Shown here: positions 45,308 through 62,744 of the stretch, in pieces | How positions within the stretch are numbered: position 1 is the stretch's first letter | How the letters are laid out: the number at the start of each line of letters is the position of its first letter | Assembly: GCF_009914755.1 (NCBI RefSeq) | Contig: NC_060926.1 | DNA from: the human T2T-CHM13v2.0 reference genome, Homo sapiens | Reading direction: 5' to 3' (one strand) | Length of the DNA: 64,000 nucleotides | Notes under the pieces: generated by a model | Database searches by the model: none | Told to the model about the DNA's origin: nothing | What the model saw: only the letters and a program-made list of their open reading frames with translations | Program-made: the position numbers and the translations under genes

Positions 45308-45793
45308 ATAATAACGGTCCCCAGTAGATCATCTCTCCCTGTGCCCATGTGCCTTTGCAATGTGACACTGCTGCTTCTTTCATCAAGAGATTAGAGCCAT
45401 TTCTCCATGTTCTTGACTCTAAATTGGCTGTGGGACTTGTTTTGGCTAATACAATGTAGTGGACATTGTCAGATTCTGGAGACTGGGTTTGAAGAGGCAC
45501 AGCAGTTTGATTTCTCTCCCTCTCCAAACCATAACGCCACCATGCAATGATGAAGCAGTTTAGTCTACTGGGGAATAAGACACCATGTGGAGAACTGAGA
45601 TAACCTATCCAACAACTAACACCAACTGCCAGCCAGGAACATGAGTGATTCCTGGGGAGGCCAGAAGACAAATTCCCTAGCTGTGCCCAGACTGAAGCGC
45701 TATCTATGGTATCATAAAAAAATGATAAGTCAGTATTGTTTTAAGCCATTAAGTTTGGGGTGGTTTGTTACACAGCAATGAATAACTGATACA
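45308..45793 (+). mobile_element. MLT1E/F-type LTR
   Basis: gcctttgcaatgtgac...ttttaagccattaagtttggggtggtttgttacacagcaatgaataactgataca. Confidence 0.85.
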
Positions 45794-46005
45794 CCTGCTA
45801 AGAGCCCCTGGTCAAATATATTATGTGGTAAATATAATGATCAGATATGACAGAAAAGAACATACAAAATTTGAAATTATCAAGAAGGCTATCTGTACAA
45901 GGAATTTAAATGTATTATTAACAATGGACCTCTCTCTAAATGTCTATCCTGCCTTAACATACTAGCTAATGAGAGTAGTACATGTGTGTATGATTTTTAT
46001 ATACA

Positions 46006-46053
46006 GATATAGATATAGATATAGATATAGATATAGATATAGATATAGATATG
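46006..46053. repeat. (AGATAT)8 hexanucleotide microsatellite
   Basis: Perfect tandem copies. Confidence 0.92.
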
Positions 46054-46265
46054 GGGTATACACACACAAAAATATTTTATTGATGGCAGCCCATAATCAA
46101 AAAGGTTTGTAGCCACTGACTGAGCTAATGAGAATAGTACACATATATCATTTATAAATACAGATATTGGGCACAAATGTCCCACTTCCTTTGAAGAAAA
46201 TTCAAAATTTTTTAAGAAAATCTCTTAAAAATTTTTGAATATTCCTAGTAAGCTGCCATGCACTA

Positions 46266-46586
<321 letters not shown>

Positions 46587-48096
46587 ACCTCTATTTCCAA
46601 AAATTAGAAATTCCTAACTATGCCAGAAAGTAAGAGTCTCCATAGTTCTAATATTCTTTTACTAATAGAATGCGTCTGCACTTTATAATATTGTGCATAC
46701 TCCACCATCCCACAATATTTTACTTACTACACTAATATCACTACAACTAAGATAGTGATCTCAACCAACTGGTAGAAAGAATGACAAAGAGTGTTAAATC
46801 TAATCATGCCCCTTTCTAGCCCTAACTTAAAACCCTCAGGGACCTATATATAAAGACCGAATTTCTTAGCATGGCATATTTCTATATTAGATCAATGGCA
46901 ATATCATTCAAAGAGACAGGAAATAAGAGAAGAAAAGCATGTGGTGGTTTGGTGATGGGGAGGGGGAGTACAGTGATACAGCCAATGAAAGGAGAACCTT
47001 GGGCATGTCAAGTGCAAAGTGGAGTCACTGGAGAGGGGAAGATTGAAAAATAAAGGGAGGAGAAAGAGGAATTAACTGACAGTACAAGGAAATGACACAG
47101 AGCACAGGTGGAAGAAATAGCCTTAACCAGAAGGAATCACCGCTTCCTCTGAGAATGGAATTAAAGCAATAAAGAATGGTGGAGACAGATAATTAAGGAA
47201 CAAGAGTGCTGAAAGCCAAGAGAATTTCTGCCTAATAGCCCTCAGTTTCTCTATGACATTGGTTAAGAGATAAGGTTATCGATAAAGAAAAAGGGAGCAT
47301 CTCTGTAAAGAAGGAGGTAAACTCTTCACCAAAGTAAAATGCCTTTTCATGTCACACTGAATAATATTAACATTTAGATGAATACCAATTTTATGCTTAC
47401 TCATACTATATTATCTCTAACTATTTCAAGTCAAAATTAGAACATTTTTCATTGTTATCTTGCCCTTCTCTATTTCTTGTGTACTAACTGTACAACAGAA
47501 ATAAGGAGCAAGAAAAAAATAAGTGGCAAAAGCTTGAGAAGTTATAGCTAAACCAACGTCTGAAAATACAACCTTATCCAATTTTACCACTGCCGACAGC
47601 AAAATGAAATATAGGTCAATTTATTCTCTGACACCAATCTATTATCTAAACTTGGCTACTCAGAAAAGTATACCAACATCTTGAACCTATTTGTTAATAT
47701 GTTAGTGAGGTTAGCACCCATTTTCACTAATGGTATAAAATTAAACTGAGATGCTTACAATTTTATTCAATCTTTTCTACTACATACTCTTCACAAATCA
47801 TGAAGAAACTAGAAAAGGAACATCCCAGAATATACTACTGATTCTGACATTGATACGGACCTTAATAATCTAGAGGGCTCTCACAAGAACATATATCTAT
47901 TTCAGAGAGTGTCTAAATCCCCTGACATTTTATGTGCACATGGTAATTTTTCTAAAAAAGAAGGTTCATGAGTTTCACTACATTCTCAAAAAGTTTACAT
48001 CCCTAAAATGCTTATGAACTATTGCTACAGATAGCTCCCTTCTCCAAAGTTAATAGAAGAAACTCTGCTTGAAGACGTATCAAGAAAGTCAAACAT

Positions 48097-48400
48097 GGCC
48101 GGGCGCGGTGGCTCACGCCTGTAATCCCAGCACTTTGGGAAGCCAAGGCGGGTGGATCACGAGGTCAGGAGTTCAAGAACAGCCTGGCTGAGATGATGAA
48201 ACCCTGTCTCTACTAAAAATACGAAAAATTAGCTGGGCATGGTGATGGGTACCTGTAATCCCAGCTACTCAGGAGGCTGAGGCAGAGAATCACTTGAACC
48301 CAGGAGGCAGAGGTTGCAGTGAGCCAAGATCGCGCCACTGCATCCCAGCCTGGGCGACAGAGTGAGACTCCGTCTCAAAAAAAAAAAAAAAAAGAAAGAA
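48097..48400 (+). mobile_element. AluSg-like
   Basis: TSD aagaaagtcaaaca. Confidence 0.94.
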
Positions 48401-48790
48401 AGTCAAACAATACATGCCCCATTAGGCCACAGACTTCTTCATTAGGGAAGCTGGGAGAGCCATATGTTTAGTAGACTAAGAAAAGCTGAAGACACTCTGT
48501 TGGAAAGTAGGCTGGACTATTTTTTGGCATTTGTTTGCTTTCTTATATGGTTTATTTAGAGGTAAAGGAAAGGTACAAATTAATAACAGACTTTAGCCTG
48601 ATTAAAAAAAACAATGTTATAGTACTGAAAAACAGATAATCATTACCCTCAAATCCTCTGGCACCAGGGTAAAATTACCAAATCCAAGGGCAGGATAGCC
48701 CGCAAAAGTAGGCTAAGACCACCATGGTTCAAGATAGCTTTTAATGGCACTACACACAAAATCTAAGCTAAAAATATGGCTTTCTATATA

Positions 48791-49108
48791 CAGTCATCCC
48801 TCAGTATCCACAAGAGATTAGTTCCAGGACCTCTCTGCAAATACCAGTATCTGTGGATGCTCAAGTCCCTTACCTAAAATGGTGTAACATTTGCATATAA
48901 CCTATGTACATCCTCCTTTATATTTTAAATCATCTCTAGATTACCTATAATATCTAACACAATGTAAAAACTATGCAAATAGTTGTTATACTATATTGCT
49001 TTTATTTGTAGTATTTTTATTGTTATATTGTTGTTTTTTATTGTTTTGGTTTTCTACGAATATTTTCATCGGCCACTGGCTGAATCTGTGGATTTGGAGG
49101 GATGGCTG
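48791..49108. mobile_element. MER2 (TcMar-Tigger)
   Basis: TIRs cagtcatccctc / gagggatggctg; TA at left; MER2 body atttgcatataaccta...aaatcatctctagattac. Confidence 0.88.
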
Positions 49109-49134
49109 CATCCTGTTAGATACAAAGACCACAG

Positions 49135-49136
<2 letters not shown>

Positions 49137-49187
<51 letters not shown>
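49137..49187. repeat. (CA)n microsatellite
   Basis: About 25 CA units. Confidence 0.95.
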
Positions 49188-49189
<2 letters not shown>

Positions 49190-49469
49190 GTTATCCGTGT
49201 CAACCACCAGACTAGAAGACTTTGAGAGAGTAAGGGCTATTCCCAGTTTTTTAAATCCTGACCAAATTTCTTAAGGAAATTGAAGAACAGAAAAATCTAT
49301 ACATTTAGAGACAATCTTCTTACTAAGCTAACAGCTGTCACGTGAATTCCAGTTTTGTTATTTGCCTCATTTTCTTCTCTGCTTAGAGGTTACAGTGAGT
49401 TCCTCAACACATATATAAAATATTTCATTTGTTCAATCAGTAATGGGGTCGAAATTGTATGTTTAAAAT

Positions 49470-49915
<446 letters not shown>

Positions 49916-49976
49916 CCATATACTGGTAGGTACAGAGCGGTGTTCACTGGAGGAGAATCAAGATAAAACTGTACCT

Positions 49977-50273
49977 GGCCAGGTGCGGTGGCTCACGCCT
50001 GTAATCCCAACATTTTGGGAGGCTGAGGAAGGTGGATCATGAGGTCAAGGAGATCAAGACCATCCTGGCCAACATAGTGAAACCCCATCTCTACTAAAAA
50101 TACAAAAATTAGCTGGGCATGGTTGTTGTGCCTGTAATCCCAGCTACTCTGGAGGCTGAGGCAGGAGAATCACTTGAACCAGGAAGTCAAAGGATGCAGT
50201 GAGCCGAGATCGTACCACTGCACTCCAGCCTGGTGACAAAGCAAGACTCCATCTTCAAAAAAAAAAAAAAAAA
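49977..50273 (+). mobile_element. AluSc-like
   Basis: TSD aaa(a/g)ctgtacct. Confidence 0.93.
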
Positions 50274-51053
50274 AGCTGTACCTAAGAGAAAAAATTCCAC
50301 CTGGGATTTCAAAGATAAATTGTATCTAGAGATATCAAAGTTGAATATAATAGTCATAGGTCTCATCAGCAAAGTAAACACCTAAGAAAGGCAGGAAAAT
50401 ATTAAAACTCTTAAAATATCCATGGAGAGTCTCTGTCCCTAAATGCATATGTCAAAAAAGAAAAGCAAGGCAGTACACCTAGGTTCTGTGGGAACAAAAA
50501 GATGAAATCAATTCAGATTCATGTCCTCAAGAAATTGTCAATAAATGATTATCATAAGGAATTCTACTTCCCGGAGTCTATCTTACCTACAGGTTTCCCT
50601 CCTCCAAATACCTGCCCCAGAGCTACTTTGTCACCTAGTATTCTGCAAGTGAGTCCTATGTAATTTAAAGTCCACATTCTTCATGGTGGTGTGCCATAGC
50701 CAGAACATATCTTAACCATCAGCACTGCAAACTGTTTTTAAAAACAAGGGCTTTCGAATGTTCTACTTCCCTTCCAGTTAACCTCTCACTGGTACAGAAG
50801 GCAATTATCTCCCATGACAAGCCACTTGTATTTCTTTTTTTTTTTTTAATTATACTTTAAGTTTTAGGGTACATGTGCACATTGTGCAGGTTAGTTACAT
50901 ATGTATACATGTGCCATGCTGGTGCGCTGCACCCACTAACTCATCATCTAGTATTAGGTATATCTCCCGATGCTAACCCTCCCCCCTCCCACCACCCCAC
51001 AACAGTCCCCAGAGTGTGATATTCCCCTTCCTGTGTCCATGTGATCTCATTGT

Positions 51054-54377
<3,324 letters not shown>

Positions 54378-55295
54378 TAAAATGATATTTTCTGTTTTCA
54401 AAAATTTACAGATACTTTAAAGTTCAAATAAAGATCCATTATCACTGTTCTGTTCTAATGGCTAACTACACACAGAGAGCTCAATGACTGGCTAACTTCA
54501 TACACACACGTGCATACATACACACACACGTGCAAGTAAGCACCACAACCTGACAAAGCCTCTCCTATCCCCTCACACAACTGTCCTAATCTGATGATAA
54601 TTTCCTCCTCTGCACACACACTCATGCATGCGCACACACACACACACACCCAATAAAAAGGAACAACTTAGGTGGCCACAAGACCTACACAATTCTTTTC
54701 ATTTACAAAATTTTAACTTTTCTATGTTTTGGGTTATGCGCTCATTTCTCTGTTGAGATCTTAAACAAGAGGGAATAAAAAAAGTGCCTCATTCCCAATC
54801 ACTGAGTAGCCTAACAATAATTAATTAAACTTTATGGCAGTCCTCATTACCTGTTGAATGTGCTTCCCAGCCTATATTTCTGATCCACTTCATTATCAAT
54901 GACCAGAGAAAAGAATAAACCAAACTTCATTGGGATAGAAGAATAAATGTATCAGTTACCTAGAAAATATGCTACATATTTATTGTTCTAACAAGATATT
55001 TTTTAAAATTTGGTCAAGTCCTTCTTCACTTATATTAATACTATATGAATGCATCCCTTCTGGATAATTCTTTGCAAAGCACTAAACAAGACAGATAGAT
55101 ACACATGATATTCACAAGAAGACACTTGTGAACAGATTTCTGGAGGAGAATAATCACTTTCCAATGAAATACTTTCCCAGAGTCATTCACCCCGCCAAAA
55201 AAAACCAGCTGAAAGGTGTGTGTGTCATGGTCAGGAGGCTGGGACAAGAGGACATAAGGAATGTAATTGTCTGGTTGAAAGGTTAACTTGCCTTC

Positions 55296-55503
55296 TTTTT
55301 TGAAGACAAGGTCTCACTCTGTCACCCCAGCGGCAGTGCAGTGGGTGCAACCATAGCTTACTGCAGTCTCCATCTCCTGGGCTCAAAGCGATCCTCCTGC
55401 CTCAGCCTTCCAAGTAGCTGGGACTGCAGGCATGTGCCACTACACCCAGATAATATTTTTTTTGTTTTTTTTAGAGACAGGGTCTCACTATGTTGTCCAG
55501 GCT
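55296..55503 (-). mobile_element. 5'-truncated AluJ
   Basis: Right arm and part of left arm; TSD-like taac(t/c)tgc. Confidence 0.85.
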
Positions 55504-55631
55504 AACCTGCTTTATTTCTTTTGGGTAACTATCATCAGCTGAAACTCTGCCTTGGATTATCTCTCAGAGATTTTTACTTTTCTGTACTTTGTTATCATTA
55601 CATTACTTTTAGCCTAGGAAGACATTCAGAC

Positions 55632-56151
55632 TATGGCCTCGTGGAATGGATTTTTAAAAACAGCCACAAAATTCTTTGACACTCATCCTATCAAGAGATA
55701 GGTGTCTATGACCCCTTCCCTTGAGTATAGCTGTCTTGCAATTGCTTTGACCACTATAACACGACTTCCAAGGCTAGGTCAAATAAAGTGATAAAGCTTC
55801 CACTTTGTGCTTGGAGCCCATAAGAAGTTCAACCATAGTGATATTTCCATGCTGTGAGGAAAAGTCACATGTAAGCACTCAAGTCAGCAAATCTAGTCTT
55901 TAAACCATCCCAACAAAGGTGCCAGAGTTGTGAATGAAGGGGCCCCCTTCCAGCTCTCAAGCCTAAGCCCGTCTCAGCCTTAAAATCATCCCAGCTGATA
56001 CCCCAGACGTCTTGGGGACAGAGTCAAATCATCTTCACTGTGCCCTTACCAAATTCCTGACCCACAGATTTTACAAGCATAATAAAATCATTGGTGTTTT
56101 TAGCTACTAAGTTTTATGATAATTTGTAATGCAGAAATAGTAACTGGAACA
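55632..56151 (+). mobile_element. MLT1 (E/G-type) LTR
   Basis: gccacaaaattctttgacactc...aaattcctgacccacaga...gtaatgcagaaatagtaactggaaca. Confidence 0.8.
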
Positions 56152-56239
56152 TTATATATCCAAATTTAATTCAAATGCACCTTATTATTAAACCTGGAAT
56201 ATCTTACACAGCTTTATATGAGATTTCTCATCCTTCTAA

Positions 56240-56626
<387 letters not shown>

Positions 56627-57279
56627 TATTTTTCATTTTTCATTAGAAAACAAAGTTCCTTTAGGACAATGTGTTTCTGCCTTGAATACCATAATGCCTA
56701 CCATAGTATTTTACATATTATAAATACTCAATACATATTTCATGAATGAGTGAGTGAGCTAATCAAGATTAGGTGAGAAAGAGACATTAATGCTATAGAG
56801 GAAAAGAAATATATAGCAGATAAAAGGAAGAAATAAAATAGTTATTGAAAGGATAAAAACATATTGAAAGGATAAAAACAAACAACATGCATGTGTTTTT
56901 CTTTTGGAAATGTGCTGAAAGAATTCACAATGGATCAATACACTTGACTCTACAAAATATTAAATTTTCAAAAAAAAAATTTAGAAAATAAAACCCAGAC
57001 TAGGGAAATATTAACCTCCTGAAACAAAATAAAAGTCTCTATTGTATAAAGAGTTCAAACCTTTTATGGAAAAAATCAAGTTCCCAATAATATACATGAT
57101 AGAAACTCACACAAGGAAAGGCAAACATATAAACAATAGATAGGGAAAGGACATGGAAAAATAGCAATGACATGTTAGGATAGTGGAACCACAATCCTGC
57201 ACAGTTCAAAATATTATTAAAACACTCATAAACCTTCATATATTCCAGGATGATCTTTTAGTAACAGAACTTTAAGCTG

Positions 57280-57655
57280 ATGGAAACCTTAATTTACATG
57301 CAGTAAAATTTACATTTGTGTACACAGTTATACGAGTTTTGACAAATGCATACAGTTGTGCAATCACCACCCTAATCAAGATACTAAACAGTTGCATTTA
57401 CCCATAATATTCCATTTATACAATATTCTAGAAAAGCCAAAACAATGGAGGTGGAGAACACAGATCAGTCATTGCCAGGGGTTATAAATGAAAGGAAGGT
57501 TTAACTACAAAGAGTAGTATAAAGGAATTTTGGAAGGTGATAGAATTATTCTCTGCATCCTGTTTGCAGTAGTGGTTATATGAGTCTATACATGTTTTAA
57601 AATTCATATACACCAAAGAAAAGTGAACTTTACTATACGTAATTTAAATTAAAAA
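57280..57655. mobile_element. Two L1ME-type 3' fragments in opposite orientation
   Basis: ttttgacaaatgcatacagttgtgcaatcaccacc (-), then ttccatttatacaatattctagaaaagccaaaac (+). Confidence 0.6.
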
Positions 57656-57656
57656 A

Positions 57657-57955
57657 TTTTCACAGACAGATTCTTGCTCTGTCACCCAGGCTGGACTACA
57701 CTGCTGCAATCACAGCTCACTGCAGCCTCAAACTCCTGGGCTCAACCCATCCTCCTTCCTCAGCCTCCTGAGTAGCTGGGGTTACAGGCTTGTGCCACCA
57801 CATCCAGCTAATTTTTTTTTTTTTTTTTTTTTTTTTTTTGTAGAGACAAAGTCTTACTATGTTGCCCACACTAATCTCAAATTCCTGGCCTCAAGTGATC
57901 TTCCCACCTCAGCCTCCAAAGTGCTGGGATTATAGACATCAGCCACCAAGTACAG
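57657..57955 (-). mobile_element. AluJ with expanded central T tract
   Basis: AluJ diagnostics; long T run at the linker (57812-57839). Confidence 0.9.
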
Positions 57956-58965
57956 CTTATAATTAAAATTTAAAAAAAAAAACTACTTTAGGGTTATTTG
58001 CTAAAACTTCTTCTCAAGATGTAGAAGGATGTGAGAAAACACAAGTCAGCTAGATTTCTCTCTCTTCTAGATCATCCTTAAGTCTATTGCTTTGGCCATC
58101 CTGAACATTTTGAATATTTCTTCTTCTTTGCTTATTTGTATTTCTCTATATTTCAGTTCCCTTAGCATTATTTTGATGGGGTTTTCACGCCCAGTAAAGA
58201 AAACATCTGCCAGAGGACAAGACTAAAGCACTTGCTGAGAGCACAACAATCCTATGAATTCTCAACTGGGTTTCTCCAGGGCCAGGAAGATCTATCCCCC
58301 AGGTTGGAGGGCACATCGCAGGGATTGTTGGAGGGCTCTAGATCCAAACCTCAAACTTGGCTTCACTACATTCTGCACACGTGGCAGGGGTCGAGGGTTG
58401 CTGAAAAGAAACTACAGCCACCAGTAAACTCAATTGTTCATATCAAGAAGTAAGTATCAGCACAGAGGAAGATGACAAAATACTGAACTCAATGTATAGC
58501 TTAACCACGTAACTGAGAAACACAATCACCAGGCTCATGAAATTATTTGAAGAGACTATAGAAAGGCCAAGAGCCCAAAATTAAATTTCTTTTTTTTAAT
58601 TTCTTTTTTCTAATCTTTGTTTTTGTATTTTGGACCTGCCACTTCAAGACCAAAATCAAATTTCTAAGAATAAAATAAAAAGATGCATTTAAGTCTCATA
58701 AATTTCTACGGTTTAGATTGCTTATGAGAACCAATATAGGGTTTGGTTTCTCACTGACATTAAAGCCATCACTGAAAATATAGCTTTAAAAAAAAACTAT
58801 TTGTTAACATTGAAATCTGAAAACAATAAGGAAAATCTTTTAAAGTCATATACATAAATTCCCTTCCCAAAGCTCATACTGTCCAAAATAAGTTTATTTA
58901 AAAATACTCACAGAGAGATGTAGTTGCAATTGTTCAATAAGAAAATGGAGTTGTGAACAATTGGT

Positions 58966-59044
58966 ACCACCACCGTGCCCAGCTAATTTTTTGTATTTTT
59001 AATAGAGACGGGGTTTCACCAGGTGTGAGCCACCGCACCTGGCC
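58966..59044 (-). mobile_element. Alu remnant with two deletions
   Basis: ccaccaccgtgcccagctaattttttgta...ggggtttcacca|ggtgtgagccaccgcacctggcc. Confidence 0.85.
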
Positions 59045-60391
59045 AAGTTACTTTTTACCCTAAAGAACAGGAACCAAACTGCCATACTGTCTTTAAACTA
59101 GATTTTAAAAATATTGCTTTCTGTGGGGAGCCAAAAAACAAGTTAAATGAACAAAAAATAAATAAATTAGATTTAAGGAATAAATTATTTCTCTTCTCTC
59201 ACCCCAACTCAATATCAGTAAAGAGACACTGATCTTTTAAATTTAATGGTCATATATGTGTGCTTTTTCACTGAAGTCAGGTTCAAAATATTTCAGAAGC
59301 ATATGTAATACAAGTAATTTTTTAAGGCAAGCAGAAAAAAAAAATGTTTAAAAATGAGATCCCACCTTACCCCAGACCATTCATTTAGGCAAAAGAGTAA
59401 GAAGCAAAAATTGGTACAAATATACAAATATCAAAATCAAGAAGAAAAGAGAAAAGAAAGTAAATCCAGGAACACCAGACCAACTTCTTTGACTACAGAG
59501 ACCACACTCTGTGCATGTTTTGCATAATATCTAGCATACAAGAGGCTTCAACAATACTTTTACGTGGTGGTGAATACATGGTCTATGTGAACTCAGTCAA
59601 TAGTACTGTGCCAGATCTAAGTCAAAAGATGTTCTACACCATACATTAAAGAGTAAATTTTGCTGTAGTGAAGACTTAACCACAGAAAGCAAAGGTTTGA
59701 AAGGACCATGATGACAACTAATCTTACCCAAGGGTCAGTTCTTTTAAAACCATTTACTCAAGGAATAATGCCTAGGAGCCTTCAATATCTTTTATAGGCA
59801 ATTAGTTCATTTCCTTAAATCAGTTACATAACCCATATAATCTGGCAAAGGCAAGTTAGAATTGTAAAAGTAAATAAATCCTTCCCCTTGTTAAAAGGCT
59901 CACACAGAAATCAGCCTAGACAAGAATGATTACATTACAAATGTTATTTAGTCCCACAAAGCCTAAAGCAAACTAATCAAAATAAGAAATACAGATCTTC
60001 TCTCCTGTACAAATCAATTCCATAATAAGTGAAATCCAGAAATAAATTTCAAAAGGAAAACTAGAAAACAGTCGACAATTAACAGAACTTTTTGAGGATT
60101 TTTTTTTTAAATCACTTCAAACTAAAGTCACTGTTCCAAAATAAGATATACACAGCATTTTGGAAACACACAGGAAGAAGATCAACACAGAAAATGGAAT
60201 AGGATAAAATGGAGGGGTTTTCTACTGCTCTAAAGATGGCTCTATTTCACACGGCAGAACCTACATGTATGTCCACTAAATGCTTCAATCTACTTCTATG
60301 TTAAAAACAAAATGACAACAACAAACGCAATGTAAGAACCTAAAAGATTTGTTGAAAATAAAAATATGACTGCTTAACTTAAAATTCACTA

Positions 60392-60924
60392 CAGTAGCCC
60401 GCCAACCTCTTATCCACAGAAGATATGTTCCAAGTTCCCCCATATATCCCTGAAACCATGGATAGTACCATGCCCTATATAACTGTATATACCTATGACA
60501 AAGTTTAATTTATAAACTAAGCACAGGAAGAGATTAACCACAATAAATAATAATAAATGATAAAATAGAACAATTATAACCATATGCCAGTATCATTACT
60601 CTTGCACTTTGGAGCCATTATTAAGTAAAATAAGGGCTGCTTGAACACAAGCAGTCAATACCCACAGTAAATCTGATAACCAAGAGGGTTACTAAGTGAC
60701 TAACAGGTGGATAGGGCAGGTAGTATATACAGCATGGATACGCTGGACCAAGGGGTGATTCTGTCAGGTGGGACAGAACAGGAGATTTCATCACACTACT
60801 CCAGTGAACAACTTGAAGTTTATGAATTATTTCTGGAATTTTCCATTTAATATTTTTGAACTGCAGTTGACTCTGGATAACTGAAACCATGAAAAGTAAA
60901 ACCATAAATAAGGGTGGACTACTG
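60392..60924. mobile_element. MER44B-like (Tigger7-derived)
   Basis: TA|cagtagccc...cttatcc and ataagggtggactactg|TA termini. Confidence 0.85.
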
Positions 60925-61169
60925 TACAGTACTAACAGTAAAATGGACAATTTTGAAACTCCTCCTCAGATTCGCTAAATGATTGACCTTGTACATTTTC
61001 TTATTTTTCTGCAGCTTCCCAGGTATATTGGAAGAAAGACAGAAGACTGAGAGACTTCTAGCTAGACACCATTTTAAACAATACTATACAATTGTTTCCT
61101 AGATCCAAAGGCAATATATCAATGTACAATTTTTTTAAAGTAATTCTATTTGAGGCCAAAATAATAGAG

Positions 61170-61737
61170 TGTATTAGTTTTCTTTTCCTGGGTAACAAAC
61201 TGCTATAAATTTAGCAACTTAAAGCCACACACAATTACTGTCTCAGAGTTAACTCATGGATCAGGAGTTCAGAATGCCAGTATTACTACTGGGTCTGGGT
61301 CCTTTGTTCAGAGTCTCACCAGGCTGAAATCATGGTGTCAACCATTGCTGTGGTCTCTCTCACCTGGAGCTCAGAGTCCTCTTTTAAGCTATTAAGGTTG
61401 TTGGCAGAATTCAGTTCCTTGTGGTTGTAGGACCAAAGTCCCCATTTTCTTGCTGGCTGTCAGGTGGGGATCATTTATAGCAACTCAAGGCTGCCTACAG
61501 TTTCCTGCCATGTGGCCTTCTCCAAAAATGGCACTTTGTTTCTTCAAGACCAACAGTAGAGTATCTGCTGGAGCACTGAATCTTTCTAACATCTTCTATC
61601 TCTGACCTCCTGGCCCTCTTTTAAAGGATCTCCCCTGATTAGATCAAGCCCACTCTCTCAAGAAAAAGTGATTTTATTGGATGTACATACAAGGTGGCAA
61701 GAATCCTGGAGGACATTTTAGAATTCTGTTTAACACA
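61170..61737 (-). mobile_element. MLT1 LTR
   Basis: tgtattagttttc...gttggcagaattcagttccttgtggttgtagg...ttagaattctgtttaacaca. Confidence 0.8.
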
Positions 61738-61856
61738 TGCAATTAAAGAAAAAGAGCTTCCTAGTGATAAAGTTCTATCTAAAGACCTTTAGATTTTAAA
61801 CCACATGCAATTAAAGAAAAAGAGCTTCCTAGTGATAAAGTTCTATATAAAACCTT
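61734..61856. repeat. Tandem duplication, period 68 bp (45 bp identical)
   Basis: cacatgcaattaaagaaaaagagcttcctagtgataaagttctat at 61734 and 61802. Confidence 0.93.
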
Positions 61857-62341
61857 GCATACAAAAGAATGCATAAGCCACATATGCTTCAGAGGATCCT
61901 CAAATAGTATTTTTTGTGTTTTATCTTTTAATAAAATTGAACAACAAACAGTTTGAGATTATAATCTCAGATAACTTTATTAGAGATTAATTTACTCATT
62001 GAAGTTTAATTAGGGTAGAACCCTTTAGTGATGTTTTGGCTGATATATCCCAAAAAGAAGCCTATGTACCAACCTGGCTCCACACTATCAAGGACAAAGT
62101 CCACCCATGGATCACTGCAGCAACTCAGGACACATTGGGTAGAAGAATAAAAAGAGGGATGTTCACCAAGAAAAAGCACTCACCTACATAATTTCTAGAA
62201 GAGCCCAGACCAACTGTCAATATTAAGTAAGACTTTCAAGTCTGTTTTCTCAGTACAATTCTAAAGAAGCATACTTAGAAATGTTTGGAAAAAGAAGTTA
62301 CCATGATACAGGAGGAATATAAGAACAAGAACAAATTCTTT

Positions 62342-62554
62342 TTTTTTTCTTTTATTATTATTATACTTTAAGTTTTAGGGTACACGTGCACAATGTGCAG
62401 GTTAGTTACATATGTATACATGTGCCATGCTGGTGTGCTGCACCCATTAACTCGTCATTTAGCATTAGGTATATCTCCTAAAGCTATCCCTCCCCCGTCC
62501 CCCCACCCCACAACAGTCCCCAGAGTGTGATGTTCCCCTTCCTGTGTCCATGTG
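62342..62554 (-). mobile_element. Very short L1PA4-like 3'UTR-only insertion
   Basis: 15-bp TSD aagaacaaattcttt at 62327-62341 and 62555-62569; CTTT/AAA site. Confidence 0.95.
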
Positions 62555-62744
62555 AAGAACAAATTCTTTAAAGCCAATACTGTGATTGTCAGACTAAAAA
62601 TAATAACAAAGTTCTAAATAGCAGCAATGACAAAGCTAAAAACTGAATTAGTAAATTAGAAGGCAAACACACAGGGAAAAATGATGAAAAGATAAGATTG
62701 TGAAGAAAAAGCAAGAGACGTGGAAGATATTTATCTTTCTAGGC

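Noticed and set aside
54495-54650. Two CACGTG E-boxes
   Set aside because: By-products of a CA-rich low-complexity repeat
55111-55132. 8-bp stem hairpin ttcacaag-N6-cttgtgaa
   Set aside because: Short enough to occur by chance in 64 kb
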